Source of the DNA: Mobula hypostoma | Lineage: Eukaryota | Direction of reading: 5' to 3' | DNA: 64,000 nucleotides | Assembly (NCBI RefSeq): GCF_963921235.1 | Contig: NC_086108.1 | Coordinates: forward strand, 102,860,001-102,924,000 | Shown here: one piece after another, positions 12,651 to 25,170 of the stretch | How positions within the stretch are numbered: the stretch's first letter is position 1 | Layout: every line of letters starts with the position of its first letter | The notes under the pieces: generated by a model | Seen by the model: the letters and a program-made list of their open reading frames with translations, nothing else | Database searches by the model: none | What the model was told of the DNA's origin: nothing | Program-made: the position numbers and the translations under genes

Positions 12651-13969
12651 CTAATAACTCTAAGTTGGTCTCTACATTTCTGCCCTTCTTTACCACTTGT
12701 GCTATTTCACAAGCATTGATATTTCCTCAGATATCCTTTTAACACAGTCTAAAAGCATCCTTTAAGTCTCAACTTAATGTACACAGTTCACAATTATTGC
12801 TGTGAAGCTAAATCCCTTGAGTACATAAAACTCACAACTATAAACACATCGGTTATAATTATGCTAAATAATATTATCTATCTGTTCAGCAAGCTTCCTT
12901 GAGCTAAGCAATTTAATCAGTTTGTCTGTTTGAAGCAATCCAAATTCAACAACCCGTTGTCTTATACTGTATCTCTCCAGCAGCAAGGGAGGATGTTATG
13001 AATTAGCATCTTACTTCTCGCAGACGGAGATTCTATGGTATAAACAGAGATGTTTGCAAAGCTGTGTTTTAAACTTTAAGCTGATTACTACTTTCCATTT
13101 ACATTTTAAGAACTGAAGATGAACTTCCATTTACGATCAGAAGCCAAAGAAATTGTAAGTTTACTTACAACTGTTTGATCTTACATGTGGCAACTGCTGT
13201 ATTTAGAAAGCCCTGATTAGCAAACATGAGAATGAAGCCTAGGACAGAGAACATGTAATAAATAAATATGAGTCTTAATCTAAAAGAGAAATACAGTTAA
13301 TGTTTTCAGTCAATCTAAAATAGAAAATAGTTCTGCTTGCAGAAGATGGTCAAAATTCAGAACATATTTCTGCAAATAAACCCACTTTTATTCTAGATTT
13401 CTGATATTCACAGAATTTTGAGTCGCCTCCAACTTCCATTGTGCTCTGGTGTGACTGAACCTCAGTAGCATTGCCAATAAGCTCAGAGCACTGCATGTGT
13501 AATTCTAATCTGCATTACCGCCCAACAGAAAGTACTCTTTAGTGAAATACTCTTGGCCTTTCTTTCCGCAAGGCTTTGTCATTCTGCCACACAGATTTAA
13601 TTGCTGGCAATGATTTCATTATAAATAATAGAAAGGTAATTAGTTCCTCTTTTGAAATGTACTCAATTCCAAGCTGTGGGAGTTTTAGAGATATTAAAGG
13701 GACTGCAGATAGACCACACATATATGTAATCTGTGATATTTATCTATATCTACACAATCGCCATTCAGGTCTTACTCTGCATTGGACTAATTCACTTATA
13801 ACAGCCAGTGCACTCTGCAAGAATTTCCCTGAGTCAAATGATGATGCATATTCTAAACATACAATTATGTGTAACAGAACTGAATATTTTAAGCATAAAG
13901 GCTGGATAAAATGCACTTGACTTGATTAAAAGTGTTATATTGTCAGGATCATGCAAACACTTCCCTGGT

Positions 13970-14960
13970 CAATGGAATTGATATTGGTTTATTATTGTCA
14001 CATGTACTGACATGCAGTGAAAACCTTCCCTTGCACAATATTCATATAGATGATTACATAGTGCTTTGGGATAGAACGAGATAAAACAATAACAGAATGC
14101 GGAATAAAGCGTGACAGCTACAGAGAGAGTACAGTGCAGGTAAACAATAAAGTGCAAGATCATAGCAAGGAAGACTGTGAGGTCAACAGTCCATCTTATT
14201 GTACTTCCTTATTTTACTTACTGCTCATTATGCCACTGGTATTTAGGGCTACACTGAAAGTCTTCCATCTCTGTCTGTCCATACAGTCACACACAGTTAT
14301 GGAATGATTCATCATTGCTGTTTCTGTAACAATTTTTTTTGCCAGTCATAGTTGTTAGCCCTGACCTAAACTCCAGAACCTGGAGGACCAGTGGACCCCT
14401 CTTAGTCTGGCCTCTACCCTTTTCCCTGTTTGGTTTGGGTGACCCTACCAAGAGCCAAAGCATAAAGCCCTGACTCCAGCCAACATAGCTCTCCGAGTCA
14501 ATGAGGCACACAAGCCTCCAAACCCTACAACAAGGTTGTGGTCCTCTTGGAGGATCTTATCATACTAAGGAATCACTTAAGAGTTTTATAACATGGAACA
14601 GAACCTGTCCTTGAGCTACGTGGTACATGCGTTCAGGCTTTTGTATCTTCTGCACAATGGAAAAGGGGAGAAGAGAGAATGTCAAGCTTGGGTGGGGTCT
14701 TTGATTATGCTGGCTGCCTCACTGAGGCAGTAAGAAGCATAGACAGAGTCCACAGGAGGGAAAGTGGCTTCAGTGATGTGCTCAGCTATGTCCACATCTC
14801 TCTGTAGATTGTTGAGGTTACAGGTAGAGAAGTTGCCATACCATCCAGATAGAATGCATTCTTTGGTGCATTGATAAAAACTGGTGAGGGTCAACAGGGA
14901 AGCGCCACATTTCTTCAGCCTCTTGAGAAAGTAGAGGCGTTGGCAGGCATTCCTGGCCGT
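13970..14960 (-). mobile_element. Rex1/Babar-type LINE 3' fragment
   Basis: ORF 14682-15008 QRLYFLKRLKK...SFYQCTKECILSGWYGN. Confidence 0.75.
14215..14555 (-). mobile_element. RTE (Rex3/Expander-like) non-autonomous short element
   Basis: Shares 5' motifs (accttgttgtag, ggtagggtcaccca) with 42427-42854. Confidence 0.6.
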
Positions 14961-15490
14961 GGGATATAAGCACATCACAGGTAAAGTCCTCCCCACCCTT
15001 GAGCACATCTATATGGAGTGCTGCCACAGGAAAGCAGTATCCATCATCAAGGCCACCCCACCACCCACACTATGCTCTGCTGTCACTGCTGCCATCATAA
15101 AGGAGGTACAGGAGTCTCAGGACCCACACCACCAGGTTTAGGAACTGTTATTACCCCTCAACCATTAGGCTCAGAGGGGACAATTTCACTTAGCTTCACT
15201 CACCCCCTTCACTGAACAGTTCCCACAACCTATAGACTTACTTTCAAAGACTCTTCATCTCATGTTCTCAATACTTATTGCTTATTTCTTAATTTTTTTT
15301 CACTTGTATTTACACAGTTTGTTGCTTTTTGCATATTGCTATCTGTCCTGCTCGGTGCAGTCCTTTATTGATTCTATTGTGTTGCTTGGATTTACTGTGT
15401 GTGCCCTCAAGAAAATGAATCTCAGGGTAGTATATGGTGACATATATGTACTTTGATAATAAATGTACTTTGCACTTTGAACTTTTGAAC
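14961..15490 (+). mobile_element. Rex1/Babar-type LINE 3' end
   Basis: aagaaaatgaatctcagggt...tttgataataaa...tttgaac tail; same family as 4809-5750. Confidence 0.78.
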
Positions 15491-17267
15491 ATGGTCAGTA
15501 GTGAGTGGTTTTATGTGCTAACTGTTTCTGATTTAACATTCAGAACCAATGTGTGTTAAGCGTGGCCTCAGGTCCAAGACAACTGCTCCTCTGTAGTGGT
15601 GATTTCAAGTTCCATTCACAATTACCCTCTTTGGTTCCCAGCTCACTATGCATCAAATACACAAGTTCTCATTCTTATATTGAATTCCCTCAAAACAACA
15701 ACCAACATGAATTCAGTAAACTCCCTCAGCCCTGCCTCTCTCCAGAATCTCTGGTCTCTTCAAATTCAGGTACGTTCAGTGTCTATAATTTTCTTCAGAC
15801 GTAAGTAATCCTCCGGATTCTTAGATTCAAGATTCAATATTTGAGTCTATTTATCACGTGTACGTCAAAACATACAGTGAAATGCATTGTTTGCTTTAAC
15901 AATCCATAGACCTGAGGGTGAGCTGGGGGCAGCCTGCAAATGTCACCACGTATTCCAGTGCCAACATAGCATGCCCACAATTCTCAACAGAACAACGCAG
16001 AACACAACAAGCAACAAAACAACAATAACAAACCAAGCCCCATTCCTCCTCCCCACTCATTCAGATACACAGTTCCTTAACGCGAGAGCAGGCCTCCAGC
16101 CTCTAGCAGACTTGGCTCCAGCCAACGGGCCTTGAATTCTGGGCTTCCAATTCAGTCCTCAGCATCAGTCCCAGGACATGCCGATCGCTGAATACTCGGC
16201 CTCAAACTCTAGACTTGCCAATGATGGGATACTGAACATGAGGCCTCAAACTTCAGTCTTGCCGATTCATGAACCCAGTGGCCCATTGCAACTAGTTCCT
16301 CCTGCCCACTTGGAACGCCAACTGTAGAACCCAATGACAATTTGCTTACCTTGGTGGGTGGGGGGGGGGCGGGCCTCCTCCATTTTCTGTTTGTCCGACT
16401 TCCAACATCAGACTACGGATATCCCACATCCACATCCATGGTCTTTCAATGCAAAACTTAGAATCAGGCCTGAACTCTAATTCTACCACATCCCTGTCAC
16501 TAAATCCTAACCTGACACCTAACTCCCTTCTCTGTCCCCACAATCCTCTTCACAAACCGAAAAAAAAATAATATGAGCCACAACTCAAAGAAGGTTGTAG
16601 CTCAGCACCATCTTGGATCCACCAATCCCTACCTTCATGCTACCAGATCTGGTAGTCATATCCCCCTCTCGAGTAGCACTGTCAGATTCACATTCATTTG
16701 TTTATCACAAGTATGTCAAATCATGCATTATCAACCATGACCACTTAAGGGTGTGCTGGGGTAGCCCACAAGTGTCACCACGCATTCTGGCACCATCATG
16801 GCATGCTCACAGTGTTTAACAGAACAACACAAGCATCAACAACAACAATAGCAAAACAAGCTCCCTTCCTCCCTCCCAACCACCTACCCAATCACACACA
16901 CAGACAAGCATCCAACCCCACAACAGGCTGCCTCTGGAGTCCTTGGCTCTAGACTTGTAGATTTGCAGGCATTGGGCATCCGATTCCGGGTCAAGGCAAG
17001 CCAGGGGCTTCGACCATCAGACGTCAACATCCAGCCTCATCCACTTTGGTCTTCGACCTTTGTGCTTTGACCTAGAGTATCAACTCACTGATTACAAAAC
17101 TTTGAACTCAGAGCCTCACACCAAGAACAAGAGGTTTAGCATCACCGATGCACATCATGAAATTTGTTGTTTTGTGGCAGCAGTACAGCGCAATACATAA
17201 AAAACTACTATAAGTTGCAACAAGGAGTACAAAAAAAGAGATCAAACTAGTGAAGCAGTGTTCCAGA

Positions 17268-18043
17268 GAACCATAGAACATTACAGCACAGAAACAGGCC
17301 TTTTGGCCCTTCTTGGCTGTGCCGAACCATTTTTCTGCCTAGTCCCACTGACCTGCACCTGGACCATATCCCTCCATACACTTCTCATCCATGTACGTCC
17401 AAGTTTTTCTTAAATGGTAAAAGTGAACCCTTATTTACCACCTCATCTGGCAGCTCATTCCACACTCCCACTACCCTCTGTGTGAAGAAGCCCACCCCAA
17501 TGTTCCCTTAAACATTTCCCCCTTCACCCTTAACCCATGTCCTCTGGTTTTTTCCTCCCCCAGCCTCAGTGGAAAAAGCCTGCTTGCATTCACTCTATCC
17601 ACACCCATCATAATTTTATATACCTCTATCAAATCTCCCCTCATTCTTCTACACTCCAGGGAATAAAGTCCTAACCTATTCAACCTTTCTCTGTAACTGA
17701 GTTTCTCAAGTCCCGGCAACATCCTTGTAAACCTTCTCTGCACTCTTTCAACCTTATTAATATCCTTCCTGTAATTTGGTGACCAAAACTGCACACAATA
17801 CTCCAAATTCAGCCTCACCAATGCCTTAAACAACCTCACCATAACATTCCAACTCTTATAATCAATACTTTGATTTATAAAGGCCAATGTACCAAAAGCT
17901 CTCTTTATGACCCTCTCTACCTGTGACGCCACTTTTAGGGAATTTTGTATCTGTATTCCCAAATCCCTCTGTTATACTGCACTCCTCAGTGCCCTACCAT
18001 TTACCATGTATGATCTACCTTGGTTTGTCCTTCCAAAGTGCAA
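17268..18043 (-). mobile_element. CR1 LINE 3' fragment
   Basis: ORF 17471-17962 LEYCVQFWSPNYRKDI. Confidence 0.9.
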
Positions 18044-18272
18044 AGTTCATGGATTCATGGACTTTTCAGAAATTTATTGATGAAGAGGATGGAGTTGTTC
18101 CATTTCTTTTTTCTATCTTCTACCTTCTGGAAGAAGATACTGGAGCCTGAAACCCTAGACACTGAGACTCAAGAAGAGCTTCTTCCCCATTGCCAAAGGG
18201 CTTCTGAACCAATCAGTTCTTTTACATCCCTTCCCAGTGGTGCTCCCACATTCTAGGACTCTTACCTCTACC

Positions 18273-18618
18273 TTGTCACAGGTAGATAGGGTTGTAAAGA
18301 GAGCTTTTGGTACATTGGCCTTAATTAATCAAAGTATTGAGTATAAGAGCTGGAATGTTATGATGAGGTTGTTTAAGGCATTGGTGAGGCCGAACCTGGA
18401 GTATTGTGTTCAGTTTTGGTCACCAAATTACAGGAAGGATATTAATAAGGTTGAAAGAGTGCAGAGAAGGTTTACAAGGATGTTGCCGGGACTTGAGAAA
18501 CTCAGTTACAGAGAAAGGTTGAATAGGTTAGGACTTTATTGCCTGGAGCATAGAAGAATGAGGGGAGATTTGATAGAGGTATATAAAATTATGATGGATA
18601 TAGATAGAGTGAATGCAA
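18273..18618 (+). mobile_element. CR1 internal fragment, same subfamily as 17268-18043
   Basis: ORF 18237-18653 near-identical to ORF 17471-17962. Confidence 0.88.
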
Positions 18619-20672
18619 ACGTTCAGGGGATACTTGTGTGGAGTTCTGCATAGGTACATTCCAATGAGACAGGGAAGTTATGGTAGGGTACAGGAGTCGT
18701 GGTGTACAAAGGCTGTAATAGATCTAGTCAAGAAGAAAAGAAAAGCTTACAAAAGGTTCAGAGAGTTAGGTAATGTTAAGGATCGAGAAGATTATAAGGC
18801 TAAAAAGAAGGAGTTTAAAAAGGAAATTAGGAGAGCCAGAAGGGGCCATGAGAAGGCCTTGGCAGACAGAATTAAGGAAAACCCCGAGGCATTCTACAAG
18901 TACGTGAAGAGCAAGAGGATAACACATGAAAGAATAGGACCTATCAAGTGTGACAGTGGGAAAGTGTGTATGGAACCAGAGGAAATAGCAGGGGTATTTA
19001 ATGAATATTTTGCTTCAGTATTCACTATGGAAAATGATCTTAGTGATTGTAATGCAGACTGAAAAGCTTGAGCATGTAGATATTAAGAAAGAGGATATGC
19101 TGGTGCTTTTGGAAAGCATCAAGTTGGATAAGTCGCTGGGATCGGATGAGATGTACCCCAGGCTACTGTGGAAGGCAAGGGAGAAGATTGTTGAGCCTCT
19201 GGCGATGATCTTTGAATCATCAATGGGGATGGGAGAGGTTCCAGAGGATTGGAAGGTTGCAGGTGTTGTTCCTTTATTCAAGAAAGGGAGTAGGGATAGC
19301 CCAGGAAATTATCGACTAGTGAGTCTAACTTCAGTGGTTGGTACGTTGATGGAGAAGATCCTGAGAGGCAGGATTTATGAACATTTGGAGAGGTATAATA
19401 TGATTAAGAATAGTCAGCATGGCTTTGTCAAGGGCAGGTCGTGCCTTACGAGGCTGATTGAATTTTTTGAGGATGTGACTAATTGATGAAGGAAGAGCAG
19501 TAGATGTAGTGTATAAGGATTTCAGCAAGGCATTTGATAAGGTACCCCTTGCAAGGGTTATTGAGAAAGTACGGAGGCATGAGATCCAAAGGGACATTGC
19601 TTTGTGGACCCAGAACTGGCTTGCCCACAGAAGACAAAGGATGGTTGTAGATGGGTCATATTCTGCATGGAGGTCGGTGACTAGTGGTGTGCCGCAGGGA
19701 TCTGTTCTGGGACCCCTACTCTTCGTGATTTTTATAAGTGACCTGGATGAGGAAGTGGAGGGATGGGTTAGTAAATTTGCTGATGACACAAAGGTTGGAA
19801 ATGTTGTGGATAGTGTGGGGGGGCTGTCAGAGGTTACAACAGGACATTGATAGGATGCAAAACTGCGCTGAGAATTGGAAGATGGAGTTCAACCCAGATA
19901 AGTGTGAAATTGTTCATTTTGGTAGGTCAAGTGTGATAGAAGAATATAGTATTAATGGTAAGATTCTTGGCAGTGTGGAGGATCAGAAGGATCTTGGGGT
20001 CCAAGTCCATAGGATGCTCAAAGCAACTGCACAGGTTGACTCTGTGGTTAAGAAGGGATATGGTGTATTGGCCTTCATTAATCGTGGAATTGAATTTAGG
20101 AGCGGAGAGGTAATGTTGCAGCTATATAGGACCCTGGTCAGACCCCACGTGGAGTACTGTGCTCAGTTCTGGTTGCCTCACTACAGAAAGGATGTGGAAG
20201 CCATAGAAAGGGTGCAGAGGAGATTTACAAGGATGTTGCCTGGATTGGGGAGCCTGCCTTATGAAAACAGGTTGAGTGAATTCGGGCTTTTCTCCTTGGA
20301 GCGACGGAGGATGAGAGGTGACCTGTATAAGATGATGAGAGGCACTGATCGTGTGGATAGTCAGAGGCTTTTTCCCAGGGCTGAAATGGTTGCCGCAAGA
20401 GGACACAGATTTAAGGTGCTGGGGAGTAGGTACAGAGGAGATGTCAGGGGTAAGTTTTTTACTCAGAGAGTGGTGAGTGCATGGAATGGGCTGCCGGCAA
20501 GGGTGGTAAAGGCTGATACAACAGGGTCTTTTAAGAGACTTTTGGATAAGTACACGGAGCTTAGAAAAATAGAGGGCTATGGGGAAGTCTAGTAATTTCT
20601 AAGGTAAGGACATGTTCGGCACAACCTTGTGGGCCGAAGGGCCTGTATTGTGCTGTAGGTTTTCTATGTTTT
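18619..20672 (+). mobile_element. CR1 LINE ORF2 (tether plus RT) pseudogene with 3' tail
   Basis: Frameshifted ORFs 18613-20592: IKENPEAFYKYV, PEDWKVA, QHGFVKGRSCLT, FADD; tttctatgttt tail. Confidence 0.93.
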
Positions 20673-20809
20673 TACTATCCTCATTCTAAAAGGATGTCCC
20701 TCTGTTCTGAGGCTGTGTCCTCTGGTCTTCGATGCTCCCATCATAGGAAACATCCTCTCCACATTCACTCTGTCAAGGCCTTTCACCATTCCATAGGCTT
20801 CGCTGATTA

Positions 20810-21410
20810 AGGCATCCATCGGCCGCCTAGTAAAGCATTGAGGCAGTCTGAGACATCAAGGCAGATGTGGAAGGCGAGCGAACATTCAGCGCCAACTGCC
20901 TTCCTTCTGATCGCTTCTGGAGAAGGAACCTGTGAGTGGCCTATCACTGTGCAGCTCACTGTGGCAGGTGGGTGGGCCTCTCCTGTGTTGTCCCTCTCTT
21001 TCGATGGTGCAGAAGGATGTTGCCGTGGTTCTATGTTATGGACTGGACCATTCCGTTTATGGACCATGGACTTCCTCAGATTCATGGTTTATTTATATTA
21101 TGTGATTTTCACCCATTCATGCCCGTTTTGTTGTATGAGGGGAGGGGTTGGGGAGGTATTTGAAGTTGTTATTGCATTCTGTTAGTTTTTTGTGCGGGGT
21201 GAGGGGGCTTGGGGGTCGAATTTCTTGTTCCGGGGGGTGGGGGGGTTGGGAGTTGATGGCCGTGATGCCATTCTTTTTTATGTGGGGAGGGGCGTGGGTT
21301 TGATGCTTCTCTCTGAAAGACTTTCATGTTCTTTCTTTGTTTCATGGCTATCTGGAGAAGAAGAATCTCAGAGTTGGATACAACATTTGATAATAAATGA
21401 ACCTTTGAAA
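20810..21410 (+). mobile_element. Non-autonomous retroposon with Rex1-like 3' tail
   Basis: Ends gaatctcagagttg...tttgataataaatgaacctttgaa. Confidence 0.5.
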
Positions 21411-21754
21411 ATATGGATATGGAATAAAGTGTGCATAAGTACATAAATCCAGCATGTACAGTATTTCCACTGTAAAACAATGTCATAAAAAGTGATTTAA
21501 AGCATCTGCATTGCATTGCTGATGGGGGTCATCAATAAAGGGGGTGGGGATGGGCTAACTAGAATGGCTGATCAGATGAACTGCTTGGGAGAAGAAATTT
21601 TTAAGATGGCGTGATGTTTTTGTTACAATAGCCCTGTGGCTTTGGGAAAAGACGGCTTGTAAGGCATCTTCTGGAACAGTTGTATTCTTTCTGGTAAAGA
21701 CATCCCACAGAGCTGTTAGATGAATTTCCAGGATTTAGACTCCACCACAATGCT

Positions 21755-22120
21755 TTCTCTGGAGCAATAGAGGCTGACAAAAGTTTATAAGATTATGCGA
21801 GGCATAAACAGAGTAGACAGACGGTATCTTTCTCCCAGGGTTGGAATGTCTAATAGCAGAGAGCAAGCATTTAAGGTGAGAGGGGGTAATTTCAAAGGAA
21901 CTGTAAGGGACGAGTTTTTTACACATTGTGGTGGGTATCTGGAATGCACTGGTGGAGGCAGTTACACTAGAGACTTTTGAGAGACGTTTAGATAAGTCAC
22001 GCGAATGTGAGGGAAATGAAAAGATATGGACACTGCATAGGTTACCCTTCTGATCACTAATTTAATTGGATCGGCACAACATAGTGGGCTGAAGGTCTGT
22101 TCCTGAGCTGTACTGCTCCA
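21755..22120 (+). mobile_element. CR1 3' fragment
   Basis: MRGINRVDRRYLSPRV...FKVRGG. Confidence 0.78.
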
Positions 22121-22189
22121 CCGTCCATGTGCAGCCTGAAGTGTTATGTCTGCATGTTGATGCGATCCATTACAGTGATATAGTACAGG

Positions 22190-22611
22190 GTCACTGATTC
22201 AAAATACAATATTTAAAAATTAATGAGTGCTAATTTGAAATGCTTGAAATGCTTAGAAATTAATGAAATGAAAAATGCTTATAAATTGAAATATCAGAAA
22301 ATGCTTAGAAATTAAATTTAAAATGTTTTGCAATTAATGACTTTTGTTTTCACTAGGATTTCTCCTTGCGATTATTTGGAATATTCCCAGAACAAATCCA
22401 TGTCAAGTAAATTATATTCTTGAACACGAGATTCTGCAGATGCTGGAAATCCGGAGCAACACACACAAAGCACTGGAGAAACTCAGCAGGTCAGGCAGGG
22501 CAGCAGCATCTATGGAAGGGAATAAGCATTTGATGTTTCTGGCCAAAAACCTTCACCACTAAGACAGTGAAATTATGTTCTTGAGTTTTGTTTCAGTCAT
22601 TCAAGGGATGT
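22190..22611. repeat. Left arm of inverted duplication
   Basis: Reverse complement aligns with 24265-24420 plus 24881-25170. Confidence 0.88.
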
Positions 22612-22787
22612 TCCAATGTGCTAACCTCTCCTGTTTATTTGTGGAAGAGTTCAAAATACAATGCATCTACAGGATACCTAGCAGTAACTCTCCAGGACAC
22701 CTCACACAGCACCTACCAATCTACCAGCTGGAAGAAAAAGTCAAGTCAAGTTTATTGTTATTTAACTATACAGTATACATGTATATA

Positions 22788-23353
22788 TGGGGTATATGGG
22801 GTGTCAGGGAGGGGTAGCACTTCTGGTGGGGTAACATGTCGCGTCCTTTTCAAGGCGGTTAGTCCACCTTTGGTCCCCACCTGGCACTCAGCTCTCACCT
22901 GTGGCTCCCCGTAGCTGTTTGCATGTGACAGCGGCCACACCCCGGGCAACGGCTTCGACAAGCCGGCTAAACTAGGTGAGGGTAGCCGACGGGTCTCAAA
23001 CCCTCGGTGAGATAGGGAGTTGTCTATCCCAGCATGTGAAGACAGACTCCAGTGGATTGAGCGGACGAGACCAATGGAAGGTCCAACGGTCAAGAAGGCG
23101 GTCTCTGCAAGCGTCATGGAACATGTAGAGCAGGACAAAACACAGAAGACGTCCTGGTCATGCACTGCGCCTAGTCCCATCTCCAGCCGTCTAGACTCTG
23201 TCTTGCAACTGGACCCAGATGGGAATTAGGAAGAGAAAGTGAGGCTGACGCTGTGCAACTCTCCCTCACTTAAATCCAAATCACACGCTAGTCTCGACAC
23301 CATCATAATGGTGTCGAGGTCCTCATCGACGTCAACGATGGACGAACAACAAC
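22788..23353 (+). mobile_element. Young RTE-type non-autonomous retroposon
   Basis: 13-bp TSD ATACATGTATATA at 22775-22787 and 23354-23366; (AAC)n tail; CpG-rich. Confidence 0.8.
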
Positions 23354-23664
23354 ATACATGTATATAACCATGTAATGTATATAGAAAAGAGGCAATGTTT
23401 CTCCAGATCAGGGTGTAAAGCACAGTAATACACATAACACTCATTACCCACAATAACTTACTAAGGTAAGGATAAAATCTACAAATGAATCATACATAAA
23501 TAACAAACTAAAGTGCATAAATTAAATATTGCAAGGTATGGAACAGATTAATCAGTGACAGGGAAGCTTAGGGAAATCAACCACCAGGACTTTGCCCTCT
23601 AAACCTCACAGCATCCTGACTTGAAAATATATTTCTCCGCCATCACCGGGCCAACACTCTGGAA

Positions 23665-24130
23665 CTTGCCGGGACTTGAGAAACACAGTTACAGAGAAAG
23701 GTTGAATAAGTTAGGACTTTATTCCCTGAAGCGTAGAAGAATGAGGGGAGATTTGATAGAGGTATATAAAATTATGATGGGTATAGATAGAGTGAATGCA
23801 AGCAGTCTTTTTCCACTGAGGCAAGGGGAGAAAAAAACCAGAGCACATGGGTTAAGGGTGAGGGGGGAAAGGTTTAAAGGGAACATTGGGGGGGGCTTCT
23901 TCACACACAGAGTGGTGGGAGTGTGGAATGAGCTGCCAGAGGAGGTGGTAAATGCGGGTTCTTTTTTAACATTTAAGAATAAATTGGACAGACACATGGA
24001 TGGGAGGTGTATGGAGGGATATGGTCCGTATACAGGTCAGTGGGACTAGGCAGAAAATGGTTCGGCACAGCCAAGAAGGGCCAAAAGGCCTGTTTCTGTG
24101 CTGTAGTTTTTCTATGATTTCTGTGGTTTC
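23665..24130 (+). mobile_element. CR1 3' fragment
   Basis: ORF 23621-24049 LPGLEKHSYRERLNKLGLYSL. Confidence 0.9.
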
Positions 24131-24264
24131 TAACTCTTTTCCTAACAGCTTTGTGGGCACACTGACAGCTCAAGGACTGTAGTGTCTCAAGAAGGCAGCT
24201 CAGCACCATCTTCCCAAGGACAACTAAGGATGAGTAATTAAATGATGGCTCAGCATGCAAACCC

Positions 24265-25170
24265 ACATCCCTTGAATCAATAAAAAACTCATTAGCATAA
24301 TTTTTACTGCATCAGTAATGAAGGGTCTTGGCCTGAAATGCTGACTATTTATTCTCTTCCACAGATGCTGCCTGACCTGTTGAGTTCCTTCAGCACTTTG
24401 TGAGGGTTGCTCTGGATTTTGTTGCCCGGATTGGGGAGTATGCCTTATGAGAATAGGTTGAGTGAACTTGGCCTTTTCTCCTTAGAGCAGCGGAGGATGA
24501 GAGGTGACCTGATAGAGGTGTACAAGATAATGAGAGGCATTGATCGTGTGGGTAGTCAGAGGCTTTTTCCCAGGGCTGAGATGGCTAGCACGAGAGGGCA
24601 TAGTTTTAAGGTACTTGGAAGCAGGTACAGAGGAGATGTCAGGGGTAAGTTTTTTTACACAGAAAGTGGTGAGCGCGTGGAATGGGCTGCCGGCGGCGGT
24701 GGTGGAGGCGGATACGATAGGGTGTTTTAAGAGACTCTTGGATGGATATATGGAGCTTAGAAAAATAGAGGGCTATGGGTAAGCCGAGGTAGTTCTAAAG
24801 AAAGGACATGTTTTCGACACAGCTTTGTGGGCCAAAGGGCCTGTATTGTGCTGTAGGTTTTCTATGTTTCTATGTTTCTATCTGCAGAATCTCTTGTGTT
24901 CAAGAACATAATTTACTTAACATGGATTTGTTCTGGGAGTATTCCCAATAACATGAGGAGAAATTCCAGTGGAAGCAAAATTCATTAATTTCTCAGCATT
25001 TCCTGTTCTCTGCATTCCAAGCATTTCTAAGGATTTTCTAAGGATTTCCGAGTATTTTAATTTATAAGCATTTTTCTTCATAGATTTCTAAGCATTTCTA
25101 AGCAATTAATTTCCAGGCTTTTCAACTTAACATTCATTAATTTTTAAATTTTGTATTTTGAAACAGTGAT
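24265..25170. repeat. Right arm of inverted duplication, interrupted by CR1
   Basis: Aligns to the reverse complement of 22190-22611. Confidence 0.88.
24420..24880 (+). mobile_element. CR1 3' fragment inserted in a Penelope-derived element
   Basis: LPGLGSMPYENRLSELGLFSLE; (TATGTTTC)n tail; host resumes at tctgcagaat. Confidence 0.92.

Noticed and set aside
13576..13920. 114-aa ORF in unique sequence
   Set aside because: No recognisable motifs, non-ATG start, no convincing splice signals
14900..15020. Twin-priming inversion of a single Rex1 element
   Set aside because: The opposed pieces overlap in coding position and have different 3' tails, so they are two separate copies
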